This document shows, piece after piece, positions 50,482 through 59,527 of a stretch of DNA of 64,000 nt. Location of the stretch: assembly GCA_964490005.1 (NCBI GenBank), contig CAZBBB010000004.1, positions 888-64,887 of the forward strand, given 5' to 3'. Source of the stretch: an uncultured Phycisphaerales bacterium (lineage in GTDB: Bacteria > Planctomycetota > B15-G4). The notes beneath the pieces are model-generated. The model was not told where the DNA came from. It did no database searches and worked only from the letters and a program-made list of their open reading frames with translations. Position 1 is the stretch's first letter, and each line of letters starts with the position of its first letter. The translations under genes and the position numbers were made by a program.

Positions 50482-51369
50482 ATGGGCGTGGATCGCAGGC
50501 TTGGGCGCGGGCTGGACAGCCTGATCTCCAGGACGACGGTAGAGGTAGGCGCCGGATCTCCTGCTGGGAGGCTCGTGGAGATCCCGGTGGCGATGGTCGA
50601 CCCGAACCCGGATCAGCCTCGCAAGTCGATGAATGAAGCCACTTTGGATGGATTGGCTGCCTCGATTAAGGCGCATGGGGTGCTGCAGCCGATCGTGGTC
50701 CAAGCCAGAGGGGCGCGTTATGAGCTCGTCGCCGGTGAGCGCCGACTTCGGGCTTCGAAGCGAGCGGGCCTCGAGACCGTTCCCGCGATCATCCTGGAGG
50801 TCGGGCCGGACAAGTCACTTGAGCTGGCGCTGCTCGAGAACATCCAGCGGGAGGACCTGGGAGCACTGGAAGAGGCATCGGCCTACGACGCCCTCATCGA
50901 ACGACTCGGCCTGACGCATCAGGCGCTTGCCGACCGCATCGGCAAGAGCAGGGCCTTCGTCACGAACAGTCTCAGGCTGCTGGAGCTGCCAGATGCCGTC
51001 AAGCGCCTGGTGCAGAGCGGAGCGCTTGCAGCCGGGCAGGCTCGTGCGCTGCTTGGCGCTCCGACTCCCGCCGATGTTGCCAGCCTCGCCATTGAGGCGG
51101 CGCGCAACCATTGGTCAACGCGCGAAGTTGAGAGCAGGGTGCGAGCCCTTTCGAAAGCCCGTGGGGGGCGCAAGGCGCGCCGCGTACACACCGAGATGAA
51201 GTCGCGATCAAGCGAAGAACTACGAACGTTATTCGGAACTAAGGTGACAGTAAGGGAGAACGATGGGCGCGGCGAGGTTGCGCTGGCGTTCTATTCGGCG
51301 CAGGATCGCGACAGACTGCTCCACTTGCTGCTCATCGGCGGCCGCAGTGCGGAGCGCCAGGGCGGCTAG
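50482..51369 (+). CDS. parB: Chromosome partitioning protein ParB/Spo0J
   Basis: 295 aa. GRGLDSLI N-terminus, LQPIVV, GERRLRAS box and HTH, plus a C-terminal dimerisation domain. Confidence 0.85.
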   Translation: MGVDRRLGRGLDSLISRTTVEVGAGSPAGRLVEIPVAMVDPNPDQPRKSMNEATLDGLAASIKAHGVLQPIVVQARGARYELVAGERRLRASKRAGLETVPAIILEVGPDKSLELALLENIQREDLGALEEASAYDALIERLGLTHQALADRIGKSRAFVTNSLRLLELPDAVKRLVQSGALAAGQARALLGAPTPADVASLAIEAARNHWSTREVESRVRALSKARGGRKARRVHTEMKSRSSEELRTLFGTKVTVRENDGRGEVALAFYSAQDRDRLLHLLLIGGRSAERQGG

Positions 51370-51382
51370 CAGATGACACGGG

Positions 51383-51418
51383 CTTCGCGTACCGCGAGCC
51401 GGCACGCGAGCCTTTTTT
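51383..51418 (+). terminator. Putative intrinsic terminator downstream of parB (convergent gene pair)
   Basis: GC-rich imperfect hairpin (GGCTTCGCG..CGCGAGCC) followed by TTTTTTT, then GGGGGGGG. Confidence 0.3.
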
Positions 51419-51458
51419 TGGGGGGGGCTTGGCCGCGGTTGCCCCCGGACGAAGCCAG

Positions 51459-51827
51459 TCAGGCCCCGGCGGTCGCGGGGGGGAAGCTGTCGACCGCCTG
51501 CAGGAGCTTTCGCATCCAGGGCGTTGTCGCATGCGACGGATTGCGAGCGACGGACTGCTCGGCGAGCTGGCGAGCGCGTTCGAGCGACCCGGCATCGCCC
51601 TTGTCGAACAACATCACGGCGAGTTGGTAATCCAACCACGGCATGGCTTCGGTCGACTCCGCTTTCACGCGGGCGGCTTCAAGGGACTCGACGGTCGCCC
51701 CGGAACTCGTGGCCGCGAAGAGCTCGTCCCAGCCCGCGCCCGTAGAGGCGGCCAACTGATAGCGAACGACCACCACGATCACCGCGGCGACCGAGACAGC
51801 GAGAAGAAGTCGAATGCCCTTGCTCAT
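51459..51827 (-). CDS. Small N-terminally anchored membrane protein, hypothetical
   Basis: 122 aa. TM LLLAVSVAAVIVVVV, then a helical soluble part. Confidence 0.4.
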   Translation of the reverse strand: MSKGIRLLLAVSVAAVIVVVVRYQLAASTGAGWDELFAATSSGATVESLEAARVKAESTEAMPWLDYQLAVMLFDKGDAGSLERARQLAEQSVARNPSHATTPWMRKLLQAVDSFPPATAGA

Positions 51828-52296
51828 GCTTTATTGGTCTTTTGAATGATGTATAGAATGATGTTAATGAAACGTTGATTCCATAATACATGCATCGCGA
51901 TCGACGCGTCCGAGGACTGCAATCAAGTCACCGCTCGTCGATCGACATCCGAAGCGCGTTTCGCTGCACGCGCTGCGCCTGCCGGCAAGGATGCGGCATG
52001 GAGGGCGCGTTCCCGGAAGCCAGCCGAGATCCACGGCCAACATCGGGGCACGCCGGACGCACGCATCGGAGACCGCAACACGCCGGCTCATTGTGATGCG
52101 CCTGAGTGCGCGGCACAAGCGAGGTCGTTCGGGACGATGTCCTTTCCATGACGGGGGCGTCGGACACCTTGTCGCGGTCGAGGGGCGTGAGCCAAGATCC
52201 GTTCCTGCACCTACGGCGGCCGCTCGGCCCTCCCCTGCTCGACCTGTCGTTCCCGAGCCCTCCGAGACCCGCGCCGCTTCCCCCAGGAGTCGTCCC

Positions 52297-54453
52297 ATGC
52301 TGATCGCCCTCGTTGCCGCCGCCGCCCTCGGCGTCGCGCCTGCCCCCAAGATCGATGACCCCGCAGCGCTGCTGCCGGCGGACACGCTGATCTACTTCGG
52401 CACGCACAGCGTGCAGGCGAGCGCCGCGGCGAATTCGAAGTCCGCGATGCACCTGATCCTCGGCGAGCCCGAAGTGAAGGCCTTCATGCAGAAGCCCGTC
52501 GCGGGCGCCGACCGCATGCTCAGGGCGCTTCTCGATGACGCCGGCGCCGACCCGGCCCAAGCGGAGCGCCTTTCGGTCTCGAAGCTCATGGCCGGCGAGA
52601 GCGTCGCTCCGATCGGCAAGCTGTTCGTCGCGCTGACGCATGTCGGACTGCCGGTGCCGGGCGACGGACAGCTCGGCGCGCCCGACGTGGGGCTCATCGT
52701 CGGAGTGGAACTGCTCGACGCCAACGACCTCGGGCTCGTCCGCCAGCTGTGGGACAAGATCCCGCTGCTGGAGGAGACCGGAACGCACGCCGGACAGGCG
52801 TACTTCCAGAAGACGAGCCCGGAGGGGATGGTGATCGGCCTCTCCTTCGTCGGCAACCTCGCCATCGTCAGCATGTCGATGAAGTCGCTGCGCGCCGCGC
52901 TCGATCGCGCGGCCGGACAGGGCGCGTCGCTCGCCGAAGCCGCGGACTACGCCAAGCTCGTCACGACGGCCGGCGGCATCGAAGCCGGAGGGTCGAGCTG
53001 GATCGTGCGCGCCGCGGACGTCTCGAAGCTCATCCGCGGCGTGATGAGCATGGCGCTCGCGATGGAGGCGGCCGACGAGCCGGAGCTTTCCGGCAAGCTG
53101 CTGGCGGTGTACGACAGCATCGGGCTGGATGCGCTCACCTGGCTGGGAGGCGTGTCGCACCGCGACCTCGCCGGCCGCGTGCATTCGACCAGCGCCGTCC
53201 ATGTCGATCCGTCGATCAAGGGTCTGATCGGAGACTGCCTCGGCGCCGGCATGACGCTCGACGCGGCGCGTCTCGACTCGGTGCCGGCCAACTGCCTGTC
53301 GATGACGGCGGGCTCGATCGACGTCCTTCCGCCGATCTACGACTTCGCCATGAAGGCGGTCGAGACCTTCGCTGCCGAGGAGTTCGGCGAGATCCAGGCG
53401 ACGATCAAGGGCGTGATGGGCGAGTACGACCTGAGGAACGACCTGCTCGCCAACGTGCACGGCGCCTTCCTGAGCTACTCGATGCCCGGCGAAGGCTTCC
53501 CGGGCACGCCGACGTCGGTCATGCGCATGGAAGTGCGCGACGGCGAGCGGTTCCTCGGCGCGATCTCGCAGCTCGCGAGCGGCCTGAGCGCGATGTTCTT
53601 CGCCGGGCAGCCCGTCACGCTCAAGACGAGCGAGCACGAGACCTGGGCCTTCAACGAGCTCGACATCTCGCGCACGCCGCTCGCCATGTCGATGATGCAG
53701 CCCGCCTTCGTCATCGACGGCCAGGAACTCGTGATGAGCCTCGAGTCGGGCAAGGCGCTCAAGACGGCGCTCAACGGGCTCGGCGGCGCCACGCCGCTGT
53801 CGAAGAACGCCGACCTGGCCGCCTTCGTGGCTTCCGCGAAGCGTCGCGGCGAGCTGTCCGCGCTGACCTATTCCGACAACGCACGCACCTTCGGCGCGCT
53901 CTACGGGCAGGTCGCGGGAATGGCCGGCATGATGGCGGGCGGATTGGGCGACCTGCCCGTCGATCTCGCGCTCATGCCGAGCGAGCAGTCGATCACCAAG
54001 CATCTCACGTCGAGCTACTCGGCGGCCTTCACGATGGACGGCGGCCGCACGTACGTCGGCGTCAGCGAATCCCAGTTCCAGGTCAGCGACTTCATGCCGC
54101 TGGCGGTGCTGGGAGGAATGCTCGTCGCTTCGGTCGCGACGGGCGAGTCGATCGAGGCGCCTCCGGTCGAACTCGACCCGGCCGAACGGGTGCAGCGCGA
54201 CCTGGCCGAGATCAAGGCCGGGATGACGGTGTTCAAGCTGGCGGAGAACCGCTACCCCGACTCGATCGCGGACCTGATCAAGCCGTTGGCGGACTTCCCC
54301 GAGGGTTGCCTGAACCGCGACAGCGTGCCGGTGGACCCGTGGGGCAACGCCTACTCCTTCAGGCTGAACGAGAAGGGCAAGCCGGTCGTGTGGAGCTTCG
54401 GCCCGAACGGCGTCGATGACTCCGGCAGCGGCGACGACATCGTCAAGGGCTGA
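52297..54453 (+). CDS. Secreted 718-aa protein with C-terminal T2SS pseudopilin GspG-like (T2SSG) domain
   Basis: Internal Met MLIALVAAAALGVAPAP (Sec signal) of ORF 51991..54453. The C-terminus LAEIKAGMTVFKLAENRYPDSIADL...DPWGNAYSFRLNEKGKPVVWSFGPNGVDDSGSGDDI resembles the GspG/PulG C-terminal domain. No GFTLIE prepilin leader. Confidence 0.55.
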   Translation: MLIALVAAAALGVAPAPKIDDPAALLPADTLIYFGTHSVQASAAANSKSAMHLILGEPEVKAFMQKPVAGADRMLRALLDDAGADPAQAERLSVSKLMAGESVAPIGKLFVALTHVGLPVPGDGQLGAPDVGLIVGVELLDANDLGLVRQLWDKIPLLEETGTHAGQAYFQKTSPEGMVIGLSFVGNLAIVSMSMKSLRAALDRAAGQGASLAEAADYAKLVTTAGGIEAGGSSWIVRAADVSKLIRGVMSMALAMEAADEPELSGKLLAVYDSIGLDALTWLGGVSHRDLAGRVHSTSAVHVDPSIKGLIGDCLGAGMTLDAARLDSVPANCLSMTAGSIDVLPPIYDFAMKAVETFAAEEFGEIQATIKGVMGEYDLRNDLLANVHGAFLSYSMPGEGFPGTPTSVMRMEVRDGERFLGAISQLASGLSAMFFAGQPVTLKTSEHETWAFNELDISRTPLAMSMMQPAFVIDGQELVMSLESGKALKTALNGLGGATPLSKNADLAAFVASAKRRGELSALTYSDNARTFGALYGQVAGMAGMMAGGLGDLPVDLALMPSEQSITKHLTSSYSAAFTMDGGRTYVGVSESQFQVSDFMPLAVLGGMLVASVATGESIEAPPVELDPAERVQRDLAEIKAGMTVFKLAENRYPDSIADLIKPLADFPEGCLNRDSVPVDPWGNAYSFRLNEKGKPVVWSFGPNGVDDSGSGDDIVKG

Positions 54454-54481
54454 GCGCCCCGAGGGCGCCCGCGCGCGTAGA

Positions 54482-55186
54482 ATGCGCCGTTCGATGACGG
54501 CGAAGGAAAGCGGACGCGGGTTGGGCGAGGAGCTCCGGATCGAATTCGTCTCGCGCCTCGGCGCGGTCGCGAACTCGGCCCTGTGCGCATTGACGCGCAT
54601 GCGCCTCGTCGACCCGCCCTACGCGCTGCGGCGACGGTCGGGTGCGGGCGCTGGCCGCTGCGTCTACGCGGTCTGGCACGAGAACCTCTGGCACGGCATG
54701 CACGCGCTCAAGCATCAGGGCGTGCACGCGATGGTCTCTTCGCACCGCGACGGCGAGATCATCGCCCGCATCCTGCGCCGCGCGGGCTTCGGCCTGCTGC
54801 GCGGCAGCAGCACGCGCGGCGGCGCCAAGGCCCTGCGCGACCTCGCGCGCGTGGCGCGCGAAACCGACGACGACATCGTCGTCACCATCGACGGACCCAA
54901 GGGCCCGCCGCGCGTCGTCAAGGAGGGCGTGCTCTTCGCCGCGAGCCGCACCGGACTGCCCATCGTCCCGATGGGGCTGGCGGTCGATCGCGCCTGGCGC
55001 GCGCGCTCCTGGGACCGCATCGTGATCGGCAAACCCGGCGCGCTCGTCTCGGTCGCGTTCGGCGAAGAACTGCACGTCCCGCGCGATGCTCGACGCGAGC
55101 GGCTCCTGCCGGAGTGGGGGCCGCTCCTGGCGGCGGCCATGGAGCGCGTCGAGCGACGCGCCGGCCGCGGCGAGCCGCTCGCCTGA
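54482..55186 (+). CDS. DUF374 family protein (lysophospholipid acyltransferase-like, Kdo-transferase associated)
   Basis: AVWHENLW...MVSSHRDGEIIARILRRAGFGLLRGSSTRGGAKAL...VTIDGPKGPPRVVKEGVLFAASRTGLPIVPM matches the DUF374 signature. Confidence 0.65.
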   Translation: MRRSMTAKESGRGLGEELRIEFVSRLGAVANSALCALTRMRLVDPPYALRRRSGAGAGRCVYAVWHENLWHGMHALKHQGVHAMVSSHRDGEIIARILRRAGFGLLRGSSTRGGAKALRDLARVARETDDDIVVTIDGPKGPPRVVKEGVLFAASRTGLPIVPMGLAVDRAWRARSWDRIVIGKPGALVSVAFGEELHVPRDARRERLLPEWGPLLAAAMERVERRAGRGEPLA

Positions 55187-55306
55187 AGGCCCGCGGCGCC
55201 GCGGGGCGCGCCGCTCGCCCCGGGCGGCGACGGCGCGGCGGGCCCGCGCCGTTCTGCTAGCATTTCCGCGCGGGTCGCCCCGGCCCGCGCCCCCGGGAGG
55301 CACACG

Positions 55307-56248
55307 ATGACCGCGAGGTCCGCCGGCACGCTCTCGCTCACCGGACGCGATCTCGTCTCGATGCGCGACTTCTCGCGCGAAGAGCTGCTCGCCTTTCTCG
55401 ACGAGGCGGCCGAGTTCGAGGGATACGAGCGCCCGATCCTGCAGGGGAAGGTGCTGGGCTCGCTGTTCTTCGAGCCGTCGACGCGGACGAACCTGTCCTT
55501 CTCGAGCGCGATGCAGCGGCTCGGCGGATCGGTCGTCGGCTTCGCCGACTCCAAAGTCTCGAGCACGGCCAAGGGCGAGTCGCTCATCGACACGATCCGC
55601 GTCGTCGAGAACTACTGCGACATCATCCTGATCCGGCATCCCCTCGAGGGAGCCGCGCGTCTCGCAGGCGAGAGCACGGTCAAGCCGGTGATCAACGCCG
55701 GCGACGGCACGAACCAGCATCCCACGCAGACGCTGCTCGACCTGTACACGATCCGGCAGCGGCGCGGCCGCCTCGACAACCTCAAGATCGCGTTCGTCGG
55801 CGACCTCAAGTACAGCCGGACGGTGCACAGCCTGATCGAGACGCTCACGCACTTCGACAACGAGCTGTACCTCATCTCGCCGCAGTCGCTGCGCATCCCG
55901 CCCGACTTCATCGAGGAACTCGAGACGCGCGGAACCGTCTACTACGAGAACGAGGACTTCTTCGCCATCGCTCAGGACGTCGACGTGCTCTACTCCACCC
56001 GCATCCAGCAGGAGCGCTTCCCGGACCCGGTCGAGTACGAGAAGGTGAAGAACGCCTATCGCATCGACCGCGCCTCGATCGAGAAGCTGGGCGGCAACAT
56101 CACCCTCATGCACCCGCTGCCGCGCCTGCAGGAGATCAACCGCGACCTCGACGACTACTCCGGGTCGGCCTACTTCGAGCAGGCCCGCAACGGCGTGACG
56201 GTGCGCAAGGCCGTGCTCAGCATGCTGCTGGGGGTGGCCCGTGTCTGA
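55307..56248 (+). CDS. pyrB: Aspartate carbamoyltransferase catalytic subunit
   Basis: 313 aa. STRTN, HPTQ and HPLP motifs. Confidence 0.9.
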   Translation: MTARSAGTLSLTGRDLVSMRDFSREELLAFLDEAAEFEGYERPILQGKVLGSLFFEPSTRTNLSFSSAMQRLGGSVVGFADSKVSSTAKGESLIDTIRVVENYCDIILIRHPLEGAARLAGESTVKPVINAGDGTNQHPTQTLLDLYTIRQRRGRLDNLKIAFVGDLKYSRTVHSLIETLTHFDNELYLISPQSLRIPPDFIEELETRGTVYYENEDFFAIAQDVDVLYSTRIQQERFPDPVEYEKVKNAYRIDRASIEKLGGNITLMHPLPRLQEINRDLDDYSGSAYFEQARNGVTVRKAVLSMLLGVARV

Positions 56249-56708
56249 GAAGGGCGTCGTCGAGCCGACGATCAAGGTCGCCGCGCTGCGCGAGGGGACC
56301 GTGATCGATCATCTCGTCGCGGGCTCGGCGCTCAAGGTGCTGTCGATCCTCGGCATCAGCTTCGACGGCGCGGTGATGATCGGCATGAACCTCGACAGCC
56401 GCAAGGCGGGCCGCAAGGACATCATCAAGATCGAGCGGCGCGAGGTGACGCCCGACGAGGTCGCGCGCATCGGCGTGATCTCGCCGCGCGCGTCCTTCTC
56501 GATCATCCGCGACTTCCAGGTGGTGAAGAAGTTCACGCCCGCGCTGCCCGCGGTCATCGAGCGCATGATCCGCTGCCCGAACCCGTCGTGCATCAGCACC
56601 GCGGAGTGGGTCGCGACGAAGTTCGAGGTGCTGCGGGCCGACCCGCTGCGCGTGCGCTGCCTGTACTGCGAGCGCTCGCTGAAGAAGGAGGAGATCGAGC
56701 TGCTGTGA
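56241..56708 (+). CDS. pyrI: Aspartate carbamoyltransferase regulatory subunit
   Basis: 155 aa. Allosteric N-domain and Zn domain CPNPSC...CLYC. 8-nt overlap with pyrB. Confidence 0.85.
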   Translation: MSEKGVVEPTIKVAALREGTVIDHLVAGSALKVLSILGISFDGAVMIGMNLDSRKAGRKDIIKIERREVTPDEVARIGVISPRASFSIIRDFQVVKKFTPALPAVIERMIRCPNPSCISTAEWVATKFEVLRADPLRVRCLYCERSLKKEEIELL

Positions 56709-57575
56709 TCAGCCGCCCGCGGCGGGGGCGCGCTCGCCGGTCGGCGCCGGCTGTCCGTTGACGACGAGGTTGACCACCGCGAGCACCTGTTCGTGCTTGC
56801 CCATGCCCGGCAGCTCCATCACGTTCGTGATGCGCGTCGGGATCGTGATCTCGCCGAACGTGGCGTAGAGCATCTGCGTCTGGCTCGTCTGGCGCATCAT
56901 GCCGCCGGCGATGTCCGTGAGGGTTTCCTGCCGGTCCATGAGCAGCGCCTCGTTCGTCTCGCTGGCCTTGCGCCACACGTAGCTGCTCGTGACCTTCACG
57001 GGCAGGGCGCCCATGGGCGTCTGCTGCTCCATCTCGATCACGCTGCGCCGCAGCGTGTTGTCCTCGTCGAAGTGGTACGACTGCGCCTTGACGCCGCCGG
57101 CCGCGGCCGCCGCGTCGGCGACGTTCACGACGACCAGGCCGTCCTGGGGCGCGGCCATCGTCGCCACGCCCGTCTCGAGCAGCGAGCTGAGCGGGCGGTT
57201 GAGCATGCTCACGAGCACCTGCTTGCCGTTTTCGATCGCGCCCGCGCGCACGGCCTCGGGCGGCACCTGGGGCGGGAGTTCGAGGGCGTCGTTGGCGGTG
57301 ATCGTCGCCGTCACGGGCGTGCCGGCGGCCCAGCTCACGTGCACCGTCCCGACCTTGCCGATGGTCGGCAGGTCGACGTCGACGTCGAAGGCCAGGCTGG
57401 CGAGGCCGGCCTTCTGCGGGTCGTAGAGCAGCGACTCGGCCTCCATCAGGTAGCCGCGCACCATCTCCGAGGTCTGCGGCGCGGCCTCCGGAGCGCCGGG
57501 CGCGGGCGTCGTCGTCTCGGGTGCGTCCTGGAACGCGCCCATGGCGAGAAGGAGGGCGATCAGCATGGTCGGCAT
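56709..57575 (-). CDS. Secreted hypothetical protein
   Basis: 288 aa from an internal Met of ORF 56709..59354 (MPTMLIALLLAMGAFQDA signal). The upstream part of that ORF is the antisense of purF and is rejected. Confidence 0.45.
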   Translation of the reverse strand: MPTMLIALLLAMGAFQDAPETTTPAPGAPEAAPQTSEMVRGYLMEAESLLYDPQKAGLASLAFDVDVDLPTIGKVGTVHVSWAAGTPVTATITANDALELPPQVPPEAVRAGAIENGKQVLVSMLNRPLSSLLETGVATMAAPQDGLVVVNVADAAAAAGGVKAQSYHFDEDNTLRRSVIEMEQQTPMGALPVKVTSSYVWRKASETNEALLMDRQETLTDIAGGMMRQTSQTQMLYATFGEITIPTRITNVMELPGMGKHEQVLAVVNLVVNGQPAPTGERAPAAGG

Positions 57576-57716
57576 GGCAGGGTCTCCGCGAAGGCGCGGC
57601 ATCGTAACCGAAGGGGCGTCGGCGAACGATTCGGCGCACGGCGCCCCCGGTGCGTGGCGGCCGTGCAGCCGCGCGGCTAGAATCGCTGGCTCCCACCGAG
57701 GCGGCGAGCGAACGAG

Positions 57717-59171
57717 ATGTGCGGATTCATCGGCATCGTCGGCCCTCCCGGAGCGGAGGTCTTCCCGCAGCTGATCTCGGGGCTGCTGGCCATCCAGCAC
57801 CGCGGCCAGGACGCCGCCGGCGCGCTCACCTGGGACGGCCGGTTCCACCTGCACAAGGGGCGGGGGCTGGTGCGGGACGCCTTCGGCGAGGCCGAGGCGC
57901 AGCGCCTGCGCGGCTGGGCCGGCATCGGCCACGTGCGCTACCCGACCGTGGGCGCGGGCAGCGTCGAGGACGCGCAGCCCTTCGTGATCGCCTATCCGTT
58001 CGGCATCGGCATGGTGCACAACGGCAACGTCACGAACTTCGACGAGATCAAGCAGCAGCTCTCCGCCGACTCGCACTGGCACATCAACAGCACCTGCGAT
58101 CTCGAAGGGCTGCTCAACGTCCTGGGCGACGAACTCGCGCAGCAGGAGATCGACACGCTCGCGCCCGAGCACGTGTTCGCGGCGGTCGAGGGCGTCTTCC
58201 GGCGCGTCAAGGGCGCCTACTCCGTCGTCGGCCTGATCGCGGGCGGCGGCATGTACGCCTTCCGTGACCCCTACGGCATCAAGCCGATCATCGTCGGCGA
58301 GCGCACCGACGAGCGCGGCCGCCGCAGCTGGGCCATCGCTTCCGAGAGCGTGCTCATGGACCTGCTCGACTTCCACAGCACCTTCGATCTCGCGGCGGGC
58401 GAGGCGCTGTACATCGACCCCGAGGGACGGCTGCATCGCCGCAAGCTCGCCGACAAGCCGCACTCGCCGTGCCTGTTCGAGTGGGTCTACTTCGCGCGGC
58501 CCGATTCCTTCCTCGACCGCGTCAGCGTCTACAAGACCCGGTTGCGGCTCGGCGAGTCGATGGCCGACGCTTGGCGCGCGACGGGCTGGAGCGCCGACGT
58601 GATCATCCCCGTCCCGGAATCCGCGACGACCTCGGCCATGGCGATGGCGCGCGCCCTCGACATGAAGTACCGCGAGGGTCTCGTCAAGAACCGCTACATC
58701 GGCCGCACGTTCATCATGGCGAGCAATCGCGTGCGGCAGTCCTCGATCCGCCAGAAGCTCAACACGATCCAGCTCGAATTCGAGGGCAAGGACGTGCTGC
58801 TGGTGGACGACTCGATCGTGCGCGGCAACACGTCGCGGCAGATCGTCGACCTCGCGCGCCGCGCCGGGGCGCGCAAGGTCTACTTCGCCAGCGTGTCGCC
58901 GCCACTGCGCCACCCGTGCATCTACGGCATCGACATGTCGACGAAGAACGAGTTCGTCGCCAAGGAACGCACGCCCGCGCAGGTCGCCGAGGCGATCGGC
59001 GCCGACGGCGTGGTCTACCAGTCGCTCGAGAACCTCGAGGCCGCCGTGATGGACGGCAATCCGTCGATCCGGCAGGCGTGCAGCGCCTGCTTCTCGGGGG
59101 TCTACCCCACCGGCGACGTCACCGAAGAGCAACTCGCGCGCATCGAAGCCGAGCGTCTCGTCCAGCAATGA
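57717..59171 (+). CDS. purF: Amidophosphoribosyltransferase
   Basis: 484 aa. MCGFIGIVG N-terminal nucleophile Cys, PRTase motif VLLVDDSIVRGNTS and C-terminal Cys ligands. Confidence 0.95.
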   Translation: MCGFIGIVGPPGAEVFPQLISGLLAIQHRGQDAAGALTWDGRFHLHKGRGLVRDAFGEAEAQRLRGWAGIGHVRYPTVGAGSVEDAQPFVIAYPFGIGMVHNGNVTNFDEIKQQLSADSHWHINSTCDLEGLLNVLGDELAQQEIDTLAPEHVFAAVEGVFRRVKGAYSVVGLIAGGGMYAFRDPYGIKPIIVGERTDERGRRSWAIASESVLMDLLDFHSTFDLAAGEALYIDPEGRLHRRKLADKPHSPCLFEWVYFARPDSFLDRVSVYKTRLRLGESMADAWRATGWSADVIIPVPESATTSAMAMARALDMKYREGLVKNRYIGRTFIMASNRVRQSSIRQKLNTIQLEFEGKDVLLVDDSIVRGNTSRQIVDLARRAGARKVYFASVSPPLRHPCIYGIDMSTKNEFVAKERTPAQVAEAIGADGVVYQSLENLEAAVMDGNPSIRQACSACFSGVYPTGDVTEEQLARIEAERLVQQ

Positions 59172-59265
59172 AGCGCCTCCGTTCCCGCCGAGGACGGCGC
59201 GCCCCCCGGATCCCGGCCCTGTCCCGCAGCCGGCGCCCCGCGCGCCGCGCCCCTGGAGACCAGAG

Positions 59266-59526
59266 ATGAAGAGCACGATGCTGTCGCTGCTGAAGTTCGG
59301 CTGCGACAACCCGCAGTGCCTGTTCGAGTGCTGGATCAACCGGAACAACAACATGCTGATCCACTACAACGCCGACATGTCGGCGCTGCTCGACTGGCTC
59401 TGCCCCGAGTGCAAGACCGGGCACCTGCGCTACGCCCCGGCCAACGCGCGCTTCGAGTTCGAGCTGCGCAAGAACCCCAAGGCCGAGTCGGGCGGCGGCG
59501 AGGGGCCGGCCTCCGAGGGCGGCTGA
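59266..59526 (+). CDS. Small 4-Cys zinc-ribbon protein, hypothetical
   Basis: 86 aa. GCDNPQC...CPEC. Coding-like composition. Confidence 0.4.
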   Translation: MKSTMLSLLKFGCDNPQCLFECWINRNNNMLIHYNADMSALLDWLCPECKTGHLRYAPANARFEFELRKNPKAESGGGEGPASEGG

Positions 59527-59527
59527 G

